A DNA stretch of 64,000 nucleotides. Origin: an uncultured virus (IMG/VR IMGVR_UViG_3300043773_000315). Its lineage: Duplodnaviria; Heunggongvirae; Uroviricota; Caudoviricetes. The translations under genes and the position numbers were made by a program. The notes below the pieces were generated by a model. The model had not been told where the DNA came from, did not search any database, and saw nothing but the letters and a program-made list of their open reading frames with translations. The DNA lies in the IMG/VR virus record IMGVR_UViG_3300043773_000315. One strand, written 5' to 3'. How positions within the stretch are numbered: the first letter of the stretch is position 1; every line of letters begins with the position of its first letter. This document shows positions 33,233 through 42,205 of this stretch, in pieces.

Positions 33233-34603
33233 TCACACCTTTAGACTTTTAAACTTATCTTTTGAACTACTTGTCTGTGGAACTTGACCACTATCAACAA
33301 TATCTATCTGAGCGGATTGTTCTACATCATACAACTTCATCTTTGCTTTGTCGATGCCGATAACAAATCTCTTGTTCTGAGTCGGATCAGAATATCGATT
33401 CTTCAACTGCTTTACCATTATCTGATTTAGTTCTTGTAGTTGCTCGGTAGAAATCAAGGCTGCCATAAAGTCAGCAGTAGCAGGAAGACCAAACGATTCG
33501 GAAGTATCTTCAAGACCAACGTCTGAACTTGTAAAGCCAGTTCTGTTTGTCTGAGTGGCCGAAACAACTGGCACTTCAAACTCTACAGCAAGACCGCGCA
33601 ACTCTTCTGCGATAGACTTGATGTATGTATAACTGTTCACATTACCGCCAGGCTTGATGCGAGAAGATGCACAGATGTTTAGATAGTCAACAAAGATGAT
33701 ATCTGGCTTGAATGATTTCTTCAAGTGCAACTCATTCAGCAAGGCTTTGAAATGCAAAGTGGATGCTGCTGCGGTTGGATATTCCTTGACGATAAGTTTT
33801 CCTTGTGCCTTGTTCTTGAGAACAGAAGCTTTCTTCAAATACAAATCACGAGGAAGTTGGAGCAAGTCATCAATCGTAATGTTCATGAGATTTGCGTCAA
33901 TACGCTTTGCAACTTCTTCTTCGGCCAACTCAAGTGTGATATACAACACATTCTTGCCTTGAGCCAAACAAGCGGCAGCAATGTGACACATAGTCAGAGA
34001 CTTACCGACACCAGTACCAGCCAAAAAGATGTTGAGTGTCTTACGGCTGAAACCATTCTTGGTAATCTTGTTGAAGAAATCTAGATCGAAAGGAATCTTG
34101 TGTTCGACACGATGATAGTATTCGAATCGTTCTTCAAAGTCTTCAAGATAATCGTGACCAACATTTGGATCAAAAGTGACAGCAAGTGCTTGTGTCAATA
34201 GATCAGGGATGGCACCCTTTGTGAGAGTGCCACCCTTGTTGTTCATGATTTCGATAGACTGCATTATTGCATTATAGATTGCTTTCTCTTGACAGAACTT
34301 TTCGGTGCTATCAAGAAGCCAGTCTGCATTTGTATCCACTTCATCAGCGTTGAGGTCTTTGATGAGAGTAGATGCGTCTCTGGCCTGGTCTGCTGTCAAC
34401 CCGCGAAGTGAATCAACTTCAATCAGCAATGCGTCTGTGGTAGGTAGATTGTTATACTTGATAGTGAAATCACGAATTTCGTTGAAGATGTTGCGTTCAA
34501 CTTCATTCGTGAAGTATTCACTCTTGAGAAACGGCAGAACCCTTCGCGTGAACGATTCGTTCTTCACCAGATTCTTCAATATAACTTTCTCTATCTGCAC
34601 CAT
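33233..34603 (-). CDS. 41: Replicative DNA helicase (T4 gp41, DnaB-like)
   Basis: LAGTGVGKS, KEYPTA, DYLNIC, SATQTNR, SESFGLPATAD, KQLKNRY. Confidence 0.96.
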   Translation of the reverse strand: MVQIEKVILKNLVKNESFTRRVLPFLKSEYFTNEVERNIFNEIRDFTIKYNNLPTTDALLIEVDSLRGLTADQARDASTLIKDLNADEVDTNADWLLDSTEKFCQEKAIYNAIMQSIEIMNNKGGTLTKGAIPDLLTQALAVTFDPNVGHDYLEDFEERFEYYHRVEHKIPFDLDFFNKITKNGFSRKTLNIFLAGTGVGKSLTMCHIAAACLAQGKNVLYITLELAEEEVAKRIDANLMNITIDDLLQLPRDLYLKKASVLKNKAQGKLIVKEYPTAAASTLHFKALLNELHLKKSFKPDIIFVDYLNICASSRIKPGGNVNSYTYIKSIAEELRGLAVEFEVPVVSATQTNRTGFTSSDVGLEDTSESFGLPATADFMAALISTEQLQELNQIMVKQLKNRYSDPTQNKRFVIGIDKAKMKLYDVEQSAQIDIVDSGQVPQTSSSKDKFKSLKV

Positions 34604-34877
34604 CCAACTCCGCAATATCTATGATTAAAGTATTCAATATCAAACCAAGATGCTGTTCAAAATACTTATCCTTACGCAGCAACTCTTCTTTGAACTTACC
34701 TGATGAAAGTATTTCGTAAGAGAACCGAAGAGTGGCATTTCCATCTTCTGGATTTTCACGAATGCCTACGTTCGTAAAACGAAATATAACATCTTTGTAT
34801 GCTTCTGTCAATAACTGAATAGCAGTTGTGTCCGTATTATAGACATTACTGAATCGGAAATCTGTACCTAAAATCAT
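34518..34877 (-). CDS. Hypothetical protein in the T4 gp40 position
   Basis: Lies between uvsX and gene 41, as gene 40 does in T4. Confidence 0.5.
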   Translation of the reverse strand: MILGTDFRFSNVYNTDTTAIQLLTEAYKDVIFRFTNVGIRENPEDGNATLRFSYEILSSGKFKEELLRKDKYFEQHLGLILNTLIIDIAELDGADRESYIEESGEERIVHAKGSAVSQE

Positions 34878-35926
34878 TCAGATTCCTCCGTATCTGTGAC
34901 ATTGGACTTACCATAAAGAAACTCATTCTTACATGCTTCGTCAATTTTGTCCATGATGTCCTTTGTAAAATACTTTTCTGGATTTATTTGAATGACAGAC
35001 TCGAAAGCCTTAGTTCCATCTGGCATTTCATACTTGTTTGCTACCTTCTTCATGATACCAAACTTTTCAGCCAAATCAATCAGACCATAGTATGGATCAA
35101 GGCCGTAAGAATAGTCGAGTAGAGTTTCGACCTTCTTGTTCTCAATCGTCAGACGAGCCTTCTTGAGATTGGCCGTGATGATTGCGCCAGATACACTACC
35201 GTCTTTGTCCTTGTCTTTCTTCTTTGACAGGAACAGAATGGTCGATGCAGCATATTCAAGACCAGAACCGCCACCCATCTTCTTGGTCGGAACATACGAA
35301 CCTACTACATCATAAACGTGATTGGTCACGATGAGAGGCACCTTAGCCTTACCAAGCTTGAGTGTAAGAACACGGAACGCACCACGAACAAGTTGTGCGC
35401 GTGTCATGTCGCGTGTGTCCTTGCCGTCTGCGATATCGGCCATTTCTTTGTCTGTAGAAAGATTGCCGAGTGAATCAAGAACAAAGAGCATCGGCGGGCG
35501 ATCCTTCTTCTCCTTGTCTTCAATATACTTGTCGAGGATTTTTACGGCTTGAGTTCTAAATTCTTGGATAGTTGCGACTGGCACAACTGCAACTCGCTTT
35601 GTGTCAACGTTTCTGTCTGAAAGCATTTGCTTAGATATAGCGGATTCTGATTCAAAGTAGAAGACGAATCCATCTTTATTGTCTCTGAGGAACTGTCTGA
35701 CAATGTTGATTGCGTAAAAGGTCTTGCCGGTTGAGGGTTCACCTGCGAGTGCTGTGACCTTGTTTGCAGGTAAGCCACCGTAAATGCTACCGCTAAGTAG
35801 AGCATTGAGACTATAAGAGCCAGTACCAATGAACCCAGTGACATCACCAGCTTCGATACCTTCGTCTGCAATTCCCGCATATTCATTATCAATCTCCTTG
35901 AGTAAGGAAGTAAACATGTTTGACAT
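34874..35926 (-). CDS. uvsX: RecA-like recombinase UvsX
   Basis: TGSYSLNALLSGS, AGEPSTGKT, DSLGNL, DMTRAQ, MGGGSGLEYAAS. Confidence 0.95.
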   Translation of the reverse strand: MSNMFTSLLKEIDNEYAGIADEGIEAGDVTGFIGTGSYSLNALLSGSIYGGLPANKVTALAGEPSTGKTFYAINIVRQFLRDNKDGFVFYFESESAISKQMLSDRNVDTKRVAVVPVATIQEFRTQAVKILDKYIEDKEKKDRPPMLFVLDSLGNLSTDKEMADIADGKDTRDMTRAQLVRGAFRVLTLKLGKAKVPLIVTNHVYDVVGSYVPTKKMGGGSGLEYAASTILFLSKKKDKDKDGSVSGAIITANLKKARLTIENKKVETLLDYSYGLDPYYGLIDLAEKFGIMKKVANKYEMPDGTKAFESVIQINPEKYFTKDIMDKIDEACKNEFLYGKSNVTDTEESE

Positions 35927-35977
35927 ATAGATTCTCCTATATTATGTTGAACGTCACGATTCTCCGTGACGCTGTAT

Positions 35978-36367
35978 TTAGCAGCGAACGATATCGTCCT
36001 CTCTGCAAATTTCGCCGATTTGCACCTCAATTGCAATTAAAATTTCCTTGAGATGTGTGTTTGTGATTTTGTGAATGCCCTGTCTTGGCACAAAGAATGT
36101 ATCACCCTTCTTGACAGAAAACACATTACCATCAACAATCACTTTGCCTTCGCCTTGAACAATCGTCCAAGTTTCTGTACGATGGATGTGATACTGTAGT
36201 GAGATGGCCTGGTCTGGTAGAATTTCCAGCTTCTTTACCTTGAATCCCTGATCCACATCTAGGACATACCAGCGACCCCAAGGTCTAGATGCACCATCAA
36301 GATACTTTCTTGATGCTACAATGTCTTCCAACACTTTATGAAAATCGTCATAATCATCTTTTGTCAT
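35978..36367 (-). CDS. Cupin, mannose-6-phosphate isomerase type II C-terminal-like
   Basis: RPWG, SLQYH.HR.E.W, EVQ.G...EDDIVR. Confidence 0.85.
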   Translation of the reverse strand: MTKDDYDDFHKVLEDIVASRKYLDGASRPWGRWYVLDVDQGFKVKKLEILPDQAISLQYHIHRTETWTIVQGEGKVIVDGNVFSVKKGDTFFVPRQGIHKITNTHLKEILIAIEVQIGEICREDDIVRC

Positions 36368-37154
36368 TCTCTAATTCTTCCATATCTAAAAATTCAATTC
36401 GTCTATTCTGTGCTGCGGATATGTTAAATGCTAACAGTAGTAATATTGCCAGCGGATCAAACACGAATATGAGCAGCATTATAACAAATCTGATGGCTTT
36501 GTCAACTATTTCTTGATCGGATGAGCCATAAATTAGTTCAGCAACATATTTGATTGGTCCGACTTCTGCTTCTATTTTTTTGAACTCAGATTCCAACTTT
36601 ATGCGCTGAGATTTCATTTGTGATAGTTTATCCGTTTCTGTTTTCTTTTCATCGACCAAAGCTTGGCGTGTTTCTTTCTGTTGCTTTGCTGCGGCTAGAG
36701 AAGATTTTGTTTGTCCCTTTTCAATCATCTTATTGATTGAATCGTCTATCACTTTTATCTGTTTGTCTAAGTCTGCGATGCGTTCCTGTTGCAGAGTGAT
36801 TTCGCTATTCAGTATTTCAACTTGTTCTGTCACACCAGTATTGAGTTGCAACTGTTGTTCAATATGTGCCTTGGAAAGAAAGCCAAAGATGCCCATGCTT
36901 GTGATGAGCATCAATACACCGATAGCAGCAAACAGATAAGTCTTGATTAGAAACGGCGCTTGTTTCCAGTTATTGTATAGCCAAGATGTTGCTACAAGTT
37001 TGCCGACTTCCAATACTGAACCCATGATGATAATAGGCCAGAATGCTCCAGCAAAAATGGATGTAAGACCGATTATACTATAATAAGCGGCTACAGCAGA
37101 TATTGCGATTCCTGTGAAAAACACAAGAATTGTGAGGATACGTGATTGCATCAA
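36354..37154 (-). CDS. Conserved membrane protein with coiled coil
   Basis: AAYYSIIGL, LEVGKLV, TSMGIFGFLSKAH, EVGPIKYVAE, VFDPLA. Confidence 0.75.
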   Translation of the reverse strand: MMQSRILTILVFFTGIAISAVAAYYSIIGLTSIFAGAFWPIIIMGSVLEVGKLVATSWLYNNWKQAPFLIKTYLFAAIGVLMLITSMGIFGFLSKAHIEQQLQLNTGVTEQVEILNSEITLQQERIADLDKQIKVIDDSINKMIEKGQTKSSLAAAKQQKETRQALVDEKKTETDKLSQMKSQRIKLESEFKKIEAEVGPIKYVAELIYGSSDQEIVDKAIRFVIMLLIFVFDPLAILLLLAFNISAAQNRRIEFLDMEELENDKR

Positions 37155-37159
37155 TATAT

Positions 37160-39721
37160 TTAGTTGAAGAAATCTTCAAGCGAAGATACATGTTCAGTCT
37201 TCCAGTCAATACTATCAAGAATAATCTTTAATGGCTCTAGAAAAGATTTGTCAAACTGCAAATCATAGTCGATATACTTTTCGATGTCCAACTCTTTCGG
37301 CACAATTGTAGGAAACGAGATGACATTAGACTGAATGGTGTTTGGCTCTTTGAGATAGATGAACTTAATCTTCTCACCCTCTTTGATTGCCTGATATGTC
37401 TTGTTCAACTTCTTGCGCTTGATTAAATCGTTATACAGCAAAGAACCGCGCACATGAATTGGGCAACCCTTACCAAAGATAGCCTTGGCGTCAGCAAACT
37501 TATCAAGTCCATTTACACCACGAGGAAACGCGATGTCTGAAATATTCTGATGCCTAAACTCTTGACGCCAAGTTTCAATCATGCCAATCAAATCATTCTC
37601 GGTCTTGTTGAGAACAATATCGATTGCTTCCCACATAATCTTGCGGCAATATGTAGGAGTAGATGACTTAATCATCTCAAGACCCATGACTTTCGGCTTA
37701 GGCTTTGCGTATTCAACACCTTCGTTATTGTATACATTCAGAATGTAACGCTTCTTGGCTGTCCAGATACCCTTGTCGGCCAGAGCCTCACGCTTCATTT
37801 GCATCTTTTGTTCGTAGGCATTAATATATTCAGCAAGTTCAGCATAAGCAGAGTCAATAAACGGTTGAATTTTATTTTCGCAGACCTTATCCATGAATGC
37901 GATAATTTGTTTTGTTGTAGCATTTGGACTCTGCTCAATAATAGTCTTGCTGACCAGTTTATCAAGACAGAGGTAAATGCTATCCGTATCCGAGGCGATA
38001 ACATAGTCTTCTTTGTCCGTCTTTAGAATTTTGTTCATGTATTCATTTAGTTTCTTTTCGATCCAACGAATGGACAACTGACCAGCAGTTGTGATGCCTG
38101 AGGCCTGTCGAACGTCGAAGTATCGGAAGTATTGATTGCCGAGAGCGCCGTAAGCAGAGTTCAGAGAAACCTTCTTAGCCAACTGGAGATTATTGAAACG
38201 TGCTACACGCTTTTCAATTTCAATTCTCTTTTCTGGATCAGTTTCTTTCTCTAGTTCTTTCTTGGCCGCAATAGCCTTCTTCTTGTATGCGCTGCGGTCA
38301 TTATACATTGTTTCCATAATCTCAGGCAAGAAACCCTGCTTTGTACGACGATAGAAATGTCCGTTCGGTGTCACAGTCACGTTTTCATATTTGAGTTGAT
38401 TGTTGTTGTTTATTTGGTCAAGAAACTCATCAACCTCAAAGTGATTGTCTTTCACATACATTCTCAGACCAGGAGTGTAATCTTCTGGCTCAATGATTGT
38501 ATCAGGCGAAATGTTGTATTGCATAATCAAATGTGGATACAGACTGTTCAAGTCGAATGATGCGACCCACTTATACAGACCAGGCACAGGTTCTTTCACA
38601 TGTGCGCCCTCATACGCGGAATCTTTACTGTGCTTGACAATAGGATCCACAACCATATTCTTCTTGCGAAGATGATTATAAACGATAGCGTCCCACATAC
38701 GAACCTGTGAGAAGGAATCGTCTGGATTAGTTTTGCTGTCGTATGCAAGAGTAAGAGCAAGTTCAATGAGTTTCAGCTTGTCATCAATCTTGTCAACAAG
38801 TTCAACGTCTTTGATGTTGTACTCAATAAACTTTTGATAGTTCTCTTTGTAGAGATTGTGCAGATTGCCATATTCTTCATACGACAACTTCTTTTCGCCA
38901 AGTTCTACATTGGCAATGTTGTTGAGTGAATAAGATTCCTGAGACTGACCACCAGGAGCAAACTTGCGATACATGGCAATATAATCAAGAGTGGCGATGC
39001 CAAGAATGCGGTAGATTGTTTCTACTTGACCCAGCTTGTTTGTAGTCTTGCCTTCATTGATAACATTCCAAGGTGATAGTCTGTTAGCAAACTCTTCACC
39101 CATCAACTTGCGAAAGCGATTGACGAGATAGACGATATCGAACCGTTCTACGTTCCAGCCAGTGATGATATCAGGATAGTCACCAGACCACTCATCAATA
39201 AATCTCTTGATAAGGTCAATCTCATCACGACAATGAATATACTGGACATCATCACGGGTGTTGTTAAACACACCACAGCCAAATACGATAAACTTGCCTT
39301 GATTGTTCTTGAATGTGATGGCTGTTATTGGTTCATTGGCCAGAGACGGCTCAGGAAAACCATTCTCTGAACCAACCTCAATATCGATGTTTGTCACATT
39401 GATTTTAGAGATATCCCAATCAACATCATTTGGAAAAGTTTCTGCGATGAAGGCATATTCATATTTGTTATTGCCATAGACAATAAAGCCTTCAACTTCC
39501 TCATACATCTTGAGAAAGTCTCTAGCTTCACGAATGTTTCCAGGCTTCAACTCAGAAACATACTTGCCATGAATTGTTGTCCAGTCCGTTGGTTCTTTTG
39601 AGGGAACAAAAAAAGTAGGAAAGTAATCTATCTTGCGTCTTACTTTCCTACCGTTTTCTATGCCTCTATAAAGTATTCTGGAACCATACACTTGAACGTT
39701 AGTGTAAAAGTTGTCGGACAT
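37160..39721 (-). CDS. 43: Family B DNA polymerase (T4 gp43)
   Basis: DIEV exonuclease motif, SFDLNSLYPH, K..LNSAYG, DTDS, KKRY. Confidence 0.97.
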   Translation of the reverse strand: MSDNFYTNVQVYGSRILYRGIENGRKVRRKIDYFPTFFVPSKEPTDWTTIHGKYVSELKPGNIREARDFLKMYEEVEGFIVYGNNKYEYAFIAETFPNDVDWDISKINVTNIDIEVGSENGFPEPSLANEPITAITFKNNQGKFIVFGCGVFNNTRDDVQYIHCRDEIDLIKRFIDEWSGDYPDIITGWNVERFDIVYLVNRFRKLMGEEFANRLSPWNVINEGKTTNKLGQVETIYRILGIATLDYIAMYRKFAPGGQSQESYSLNNIANVELGEKKLSYEEYGNLHNLYKENYQKFIEYNIKDVELVDKIDDKLKLIELALTLAYDSKTNPDDSFSQVRMWDAIVYNHLRKKNMVVDPIVKHSKDSAYEGAHVKEPVPGLYKWVASFDLNSLYPHLIMQYNISPDTIIEPEDYTPGLRMYVKDNHFEVDEFLDQINNNNQLKYENVTVTPNGHFYRRTKQGFLPEIMETMYNDRSAYKKKAIAAKKELEKETDPEKRIEIEKRVARFNNLQLAKKVSLNSAYGALGNQYFRYFDVRQASGITTAGQLSIRWIEKKLNEYMNKILKTDKEDYVIASDTDSIYLCLDKLVSKTIIEQSPNATTKQIIAFMDKVCENKIQPFIDSAYAELAEYINAYEQKMQMKREALADKGIWTAKKRYILNVYNNEGVEYAKPKPKVMGLEMIKSSTPTYCRKIMWEAIDIVLNKTENDLIGMIETWRQEFRHQNISDIAFPRGVNGLDKFADAKAIFGKGCPIHVRGSLLYNDLIKRKKLNKTYQAIKEGEKIKFIYLKEPNTIQSNVISFPTIVPKELDIEKYIDYDLQFDKSFLEPLKIILDSIDWKTEHVSSLEDFFN

Positions 39722-40050
39722 TATGCTCCTGGCTTGATCAAATTGGAAGTTGGAAGAACAAGTCCGCCAAACATGGAATTGTATTGATTGACGAACTCTT
39801 TAATTGGCTCTATTATACACAATACATGAGACTTGTCAATAATAAAAGTTTTTTGATCACTAAATTCTGCCCAAGGAGCAAAGCCAATATTAGCAGGAGA
39901 TTTAGGATTATATTGCATTGCTGGATTCGAAGGAATCACAACGATACGAACAGGGTTTTTGATTTCACAAACTGAGGGTCCACCTGGTAGAATTTCACCA
40001 AGCAGTTCCTCACCAGTAATTAACTTGAGTATCTTCACATTCGCAGCCAT
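39721..40050 (-). CDS. Sm-like-fold phage protein
   Basis: KILKLITGEELLG...KNP...PW...Y...FGGLV.P. Confidence 0.65.
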   Translation of the reverse strand: MAANVKILKLITGEELLGEILPGGPSVCEIKNPVRIVVIPSNPAMQYNPKSPANIGFAPWAEFSDQKTFIIDKSHVLCIIEPIKEFVNQYNSMFGGLVLPTSNLIKPGA

Positions 40051-40232
40051 TATTCTAGTTCTCCCACATAATCAAACACGCCGACTGTCATCCACTTGGT
40101 AGGAATATAAGTCAGATTAGAACCAGACTCACTCTTATAGACATACTTGTTCTCATAGTCCATAACCTTAGCAAGTTTTTCCCACTTGCTATCGTGTGTT
40201 CGCTGCTTCCATTGCGTCTCAAGAATATTCAT
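40050..40232 (-). CDS. Hypothetical protein
   Basis: Small ORF with GGAG RBS. Confidence 0.6.
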   Translation of the reverse strand: MNILETQWKQRTHDSKWEKLAKVMDYENKYVYKSESGSNLTYIPTKWMTVGVFDYVGELE

Positions 40233-40247
40233 TATAAAACTCCAATC

Positions 40248-40448
40248 TTAATTAAACTTAGTGCCGTTCATCTTTTCTTCTGTAGTAACAAATACCATCT
40301 TTTCAGAATCGTCTGTGTAGTATACAGGGTTCATGCCTGCTTGTCTATACTCTTCACCCCATTTTAATGCAACATGAAAGTTGCTATCTGGGCCCATAAT
40401 TTCTGCTGCTTGTCGGATAATCTCTTCGGAAATAGTTTGATATGCCAT
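40248..40448 (-). CDS. Hypothetical protein
   Basis: Small ORF with AAGGA RBS. Confidence 0.6.
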   Translation of the reverse strand: MAYQTISEEIIRQAAEIMGPDSNFHVALKWGEEYRQAGMNPVYYTDDSEKMVFVTTEEKMNGTKFN

Positions 40449-40452
40449 TTTG

Positions 40453-40617
40453 CTATTCCTTCTTGGGTTTGTTTAGTTCCTCTAGAAATCCTCGCATAAA
40501 GTTCTCATAAAAACTAGGCGTATTCTTATATATCTCGGCCCAAAATCTACCCATGTCTTCTGCATGTTCAGTCATATAGGTTCTGAGAATACTTTCGTTA
40601 TACTTCCATCCTAACAT
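40453..40617 (-). CDS. Small hypothetical protein (54 aa)
   Basis: MLGWKYNESILRTYMTEHAEDMGRFWAEIY...; TGATG coupling; not in the ORF track. Confidence 0.5.
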   Translation of the reverse strand: MLGWKYNESILRTYMTEHAEDMGRFWAEIYKNTPSFYENFMRGFLEELNKPKKE

Positions 40618-40844
40618 CACCAAACACCGTCCTCTATTTTTTGTGCAACGCCTTCATTGATTAGTTGTCTCACACAGTCATCACAAATATCACCTACAGA
40701 ATATGTGGCTCTTTTGAGAGCATAAAGTTCCATGTCATATCGTGAGCCGTATTGTCCAAGAATATAGAAAGATCCCTCTTTCAGGAAGAGAGAGTTCGAA
40801 CTATCATTATTGCTACACGAATTACATGCCATTTTTATGTCCAC
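40617..40844 (-). CDS. Small Cys-containing protein
   Basis: C..C...YGSRYD...ICDDC. Confidence 0.6.
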   Translation of the reverse strand: MDIKMACNSCSNNDSSNSLFLKEGSFYILGQYGSRYDMELYALKRATYSVGDICDDCVRQLINEGVAQKIEDGVW

Positions 40845-41425
40845 AAACTCTGATAATATTTAGCAAAGAGACGAAGCCCGTTGTTAATGCGCTTTTGAAT
40901 TTCATCACGCTCTTCAAGGGCTTCGGTAGTCCAACCATTATGTCTCTCGTAGATTTCTAAGTCCCATTCTCCGTCTTTGATTTTCTCAAAGGCAAAAATC
41001 ATCTCATCAAGAATATAATGCCAGCGCATTGCGTTAAAGGGTCGATCCCAATCATTATCTTCGGTGCGATCATCATAGATAACATCATCGGGCGCATCTT
41101 CACGATAGGTGTATGGAGTGCCAAACTTACCTTTTTTAATCTTTAGAAGAATAGGATGAATGATGTGGGCTAGAGTAACATCAGCACTCCAAGTGTCCCA
41201 ATCATCAATACGAACACTAATCTTTCGCTTACGATGCTTGATAATAGAATTAATCGTTACGTCATAGAACGATTGAATGATACCCTCAAGCAACTCTAAG
41301 AAGTCTTCAATCTTAGTTGGTGTTGAAGGATGAGGCCAAACATGACCGTACTTCTTGTTCATGTAACGGTCATGAATCCTACATATCAATCTGTCTGTAG
41401 GATATCTACTAATCTTGACTTTCAT
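40835..41425 (-). CDS. Conserved phage hypothetical protein
   Basis: IDDWDTWSAD.TLA.II.P.L, RW.YILDEMIFAF, GLRLFAKYY..LW. Confidence 0.75.
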   Translation of the reverse strand: MKVKISRYPTDRLICRIHDRYMNKKYGHVWPHPSTPTKIEDFLELLEGIIQSFYDVTINSIIKHRKRKISVRIDDWDTWSADVTLAHIIHPILLKIKKGKFGTPYTYREDAPDDVIYDDRTEDNDWDRPFNAMRWHYILDEMIFAFEKIKDGEWDLEIYERHNGWTTEALEERDEIQKRINNGLRLFAKYYQSLWT

Positions 41426-41573
41426 CTTCTTTTGCCTCGTTAGCCGCTTCAATTAAAGTTGCAAGAAGTCCCTTCTTCGCAAAGAAGAGAATAATTTCGT
41501 AATCCATTGTGATAGTAATGGTAGCAGAACCATCTTCGTTCTCTACAAAATCATTCACTTCGATGTGTTTCAT
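41409..41573 (-). CDS. Small hypothetical protein (54 aa)
   Basis: MKHIEVNDFVENEDGSATITITMD...; not in the ORF track. Confidence 0.6.
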   Translation of the reverse strand: MKHIEVNDFVENEDGSATITITMDYEIILFFAKKGLLATLIEAANEAKEDESQD

Positions 41574-41813
41574 TTACGTGCCGCTTCCACCCTTACCGAT
41601 GGCTGCCGTAATGTCTTCAAATGGAATTGCCTTGCAGATGTAGTATGTGCGACCGGCGTTTGTGCCGACTTCAAGTTGCAACTGATCAACAAGAATTTGT
41701 CCTGCTTCCTTGCAGGACTGTTCATTGTTAAATTCTGGTTTGTTTGGAGTGCGAATGTCGGTGTAGAGAGTGCCGTCATTCATCATGGTATTCAAAACGA
41801 TAAGCCAAAGCAT
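41574..41813 (-). CDS. Hypothetical protein
   Basis: GAGG RBS; 79 aa. Confidence 0.6.
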   Translation of the reverse strand: MLWLIVLNTMMNDGTLYTDIRTPNKPEFNNEQSCKEAGQILVDQLQLEVGTNAGRTYYICKAIPFEDITAAIGKGGSGT

Positions 41814-41833
41814 GTATCACCTCATTATAAAAT

Positions 41834-41907
41834 TGGAGCGGAGTACGAGATTCGAACTCGTTTCACTAGCTTGGAAGGCTAGGGCACAACCCATATACCA
41901 ACCCCGC
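41834..41907 (-). tRNA. tRNA-Gly(UCC)
   Basis: CTAGC-CTTCCAA-GCTAG; TCCA end. Confidence 0.92.
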
Positions 41908-41918
41908 ATTGTTTGTAT

Positions 41919-42149
41919 TTAGTTCAGTCTAGAGATGCCCTTTAGTTCAGGCAATTCACGTTCAAGAAGGATCAATGCTTCCTTTAAATTTCCACGTTCA
42001 ATATGCCAAGCAACATCAACGAAACAAGCATCTGCGGCAGGATCTTTAGTAACAGTATAACCGCGTCTTTCTAGTTCGTCAATCAGATCGTCATCATCAA
42101 AATCATCGGCATCAACATCAACATAAACCGTTTGTTCAAAAGTAGGCAT
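41919..42149 (-). CDS. Hypothetical acidic protein
   Basis: DFDDDDLIDELERRG; GAGG RBS; TTGACA...TAATAT promoter-like sequence at ~42183-42209. Confidence 0.7.
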   Translation of the reverse strand: MPTFEQTVYVDVDADDFDDDDLIDELERRGYTVTKDPAADACFVDVAWHIERGNLKEALILLERELPELKGISRLN

Positions 42150-42205
42150 TTGTGTTCCTCTGTGTGTTTGTCAGTATGGACATATTAGCATATCCATTCA
42201 ATTTG

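Noticed and set aside
33233..39721. Introns or inteins in gp41, UvsX or gp43
   Set aside because: ORF lengths are typical and the motifs are contiguous.
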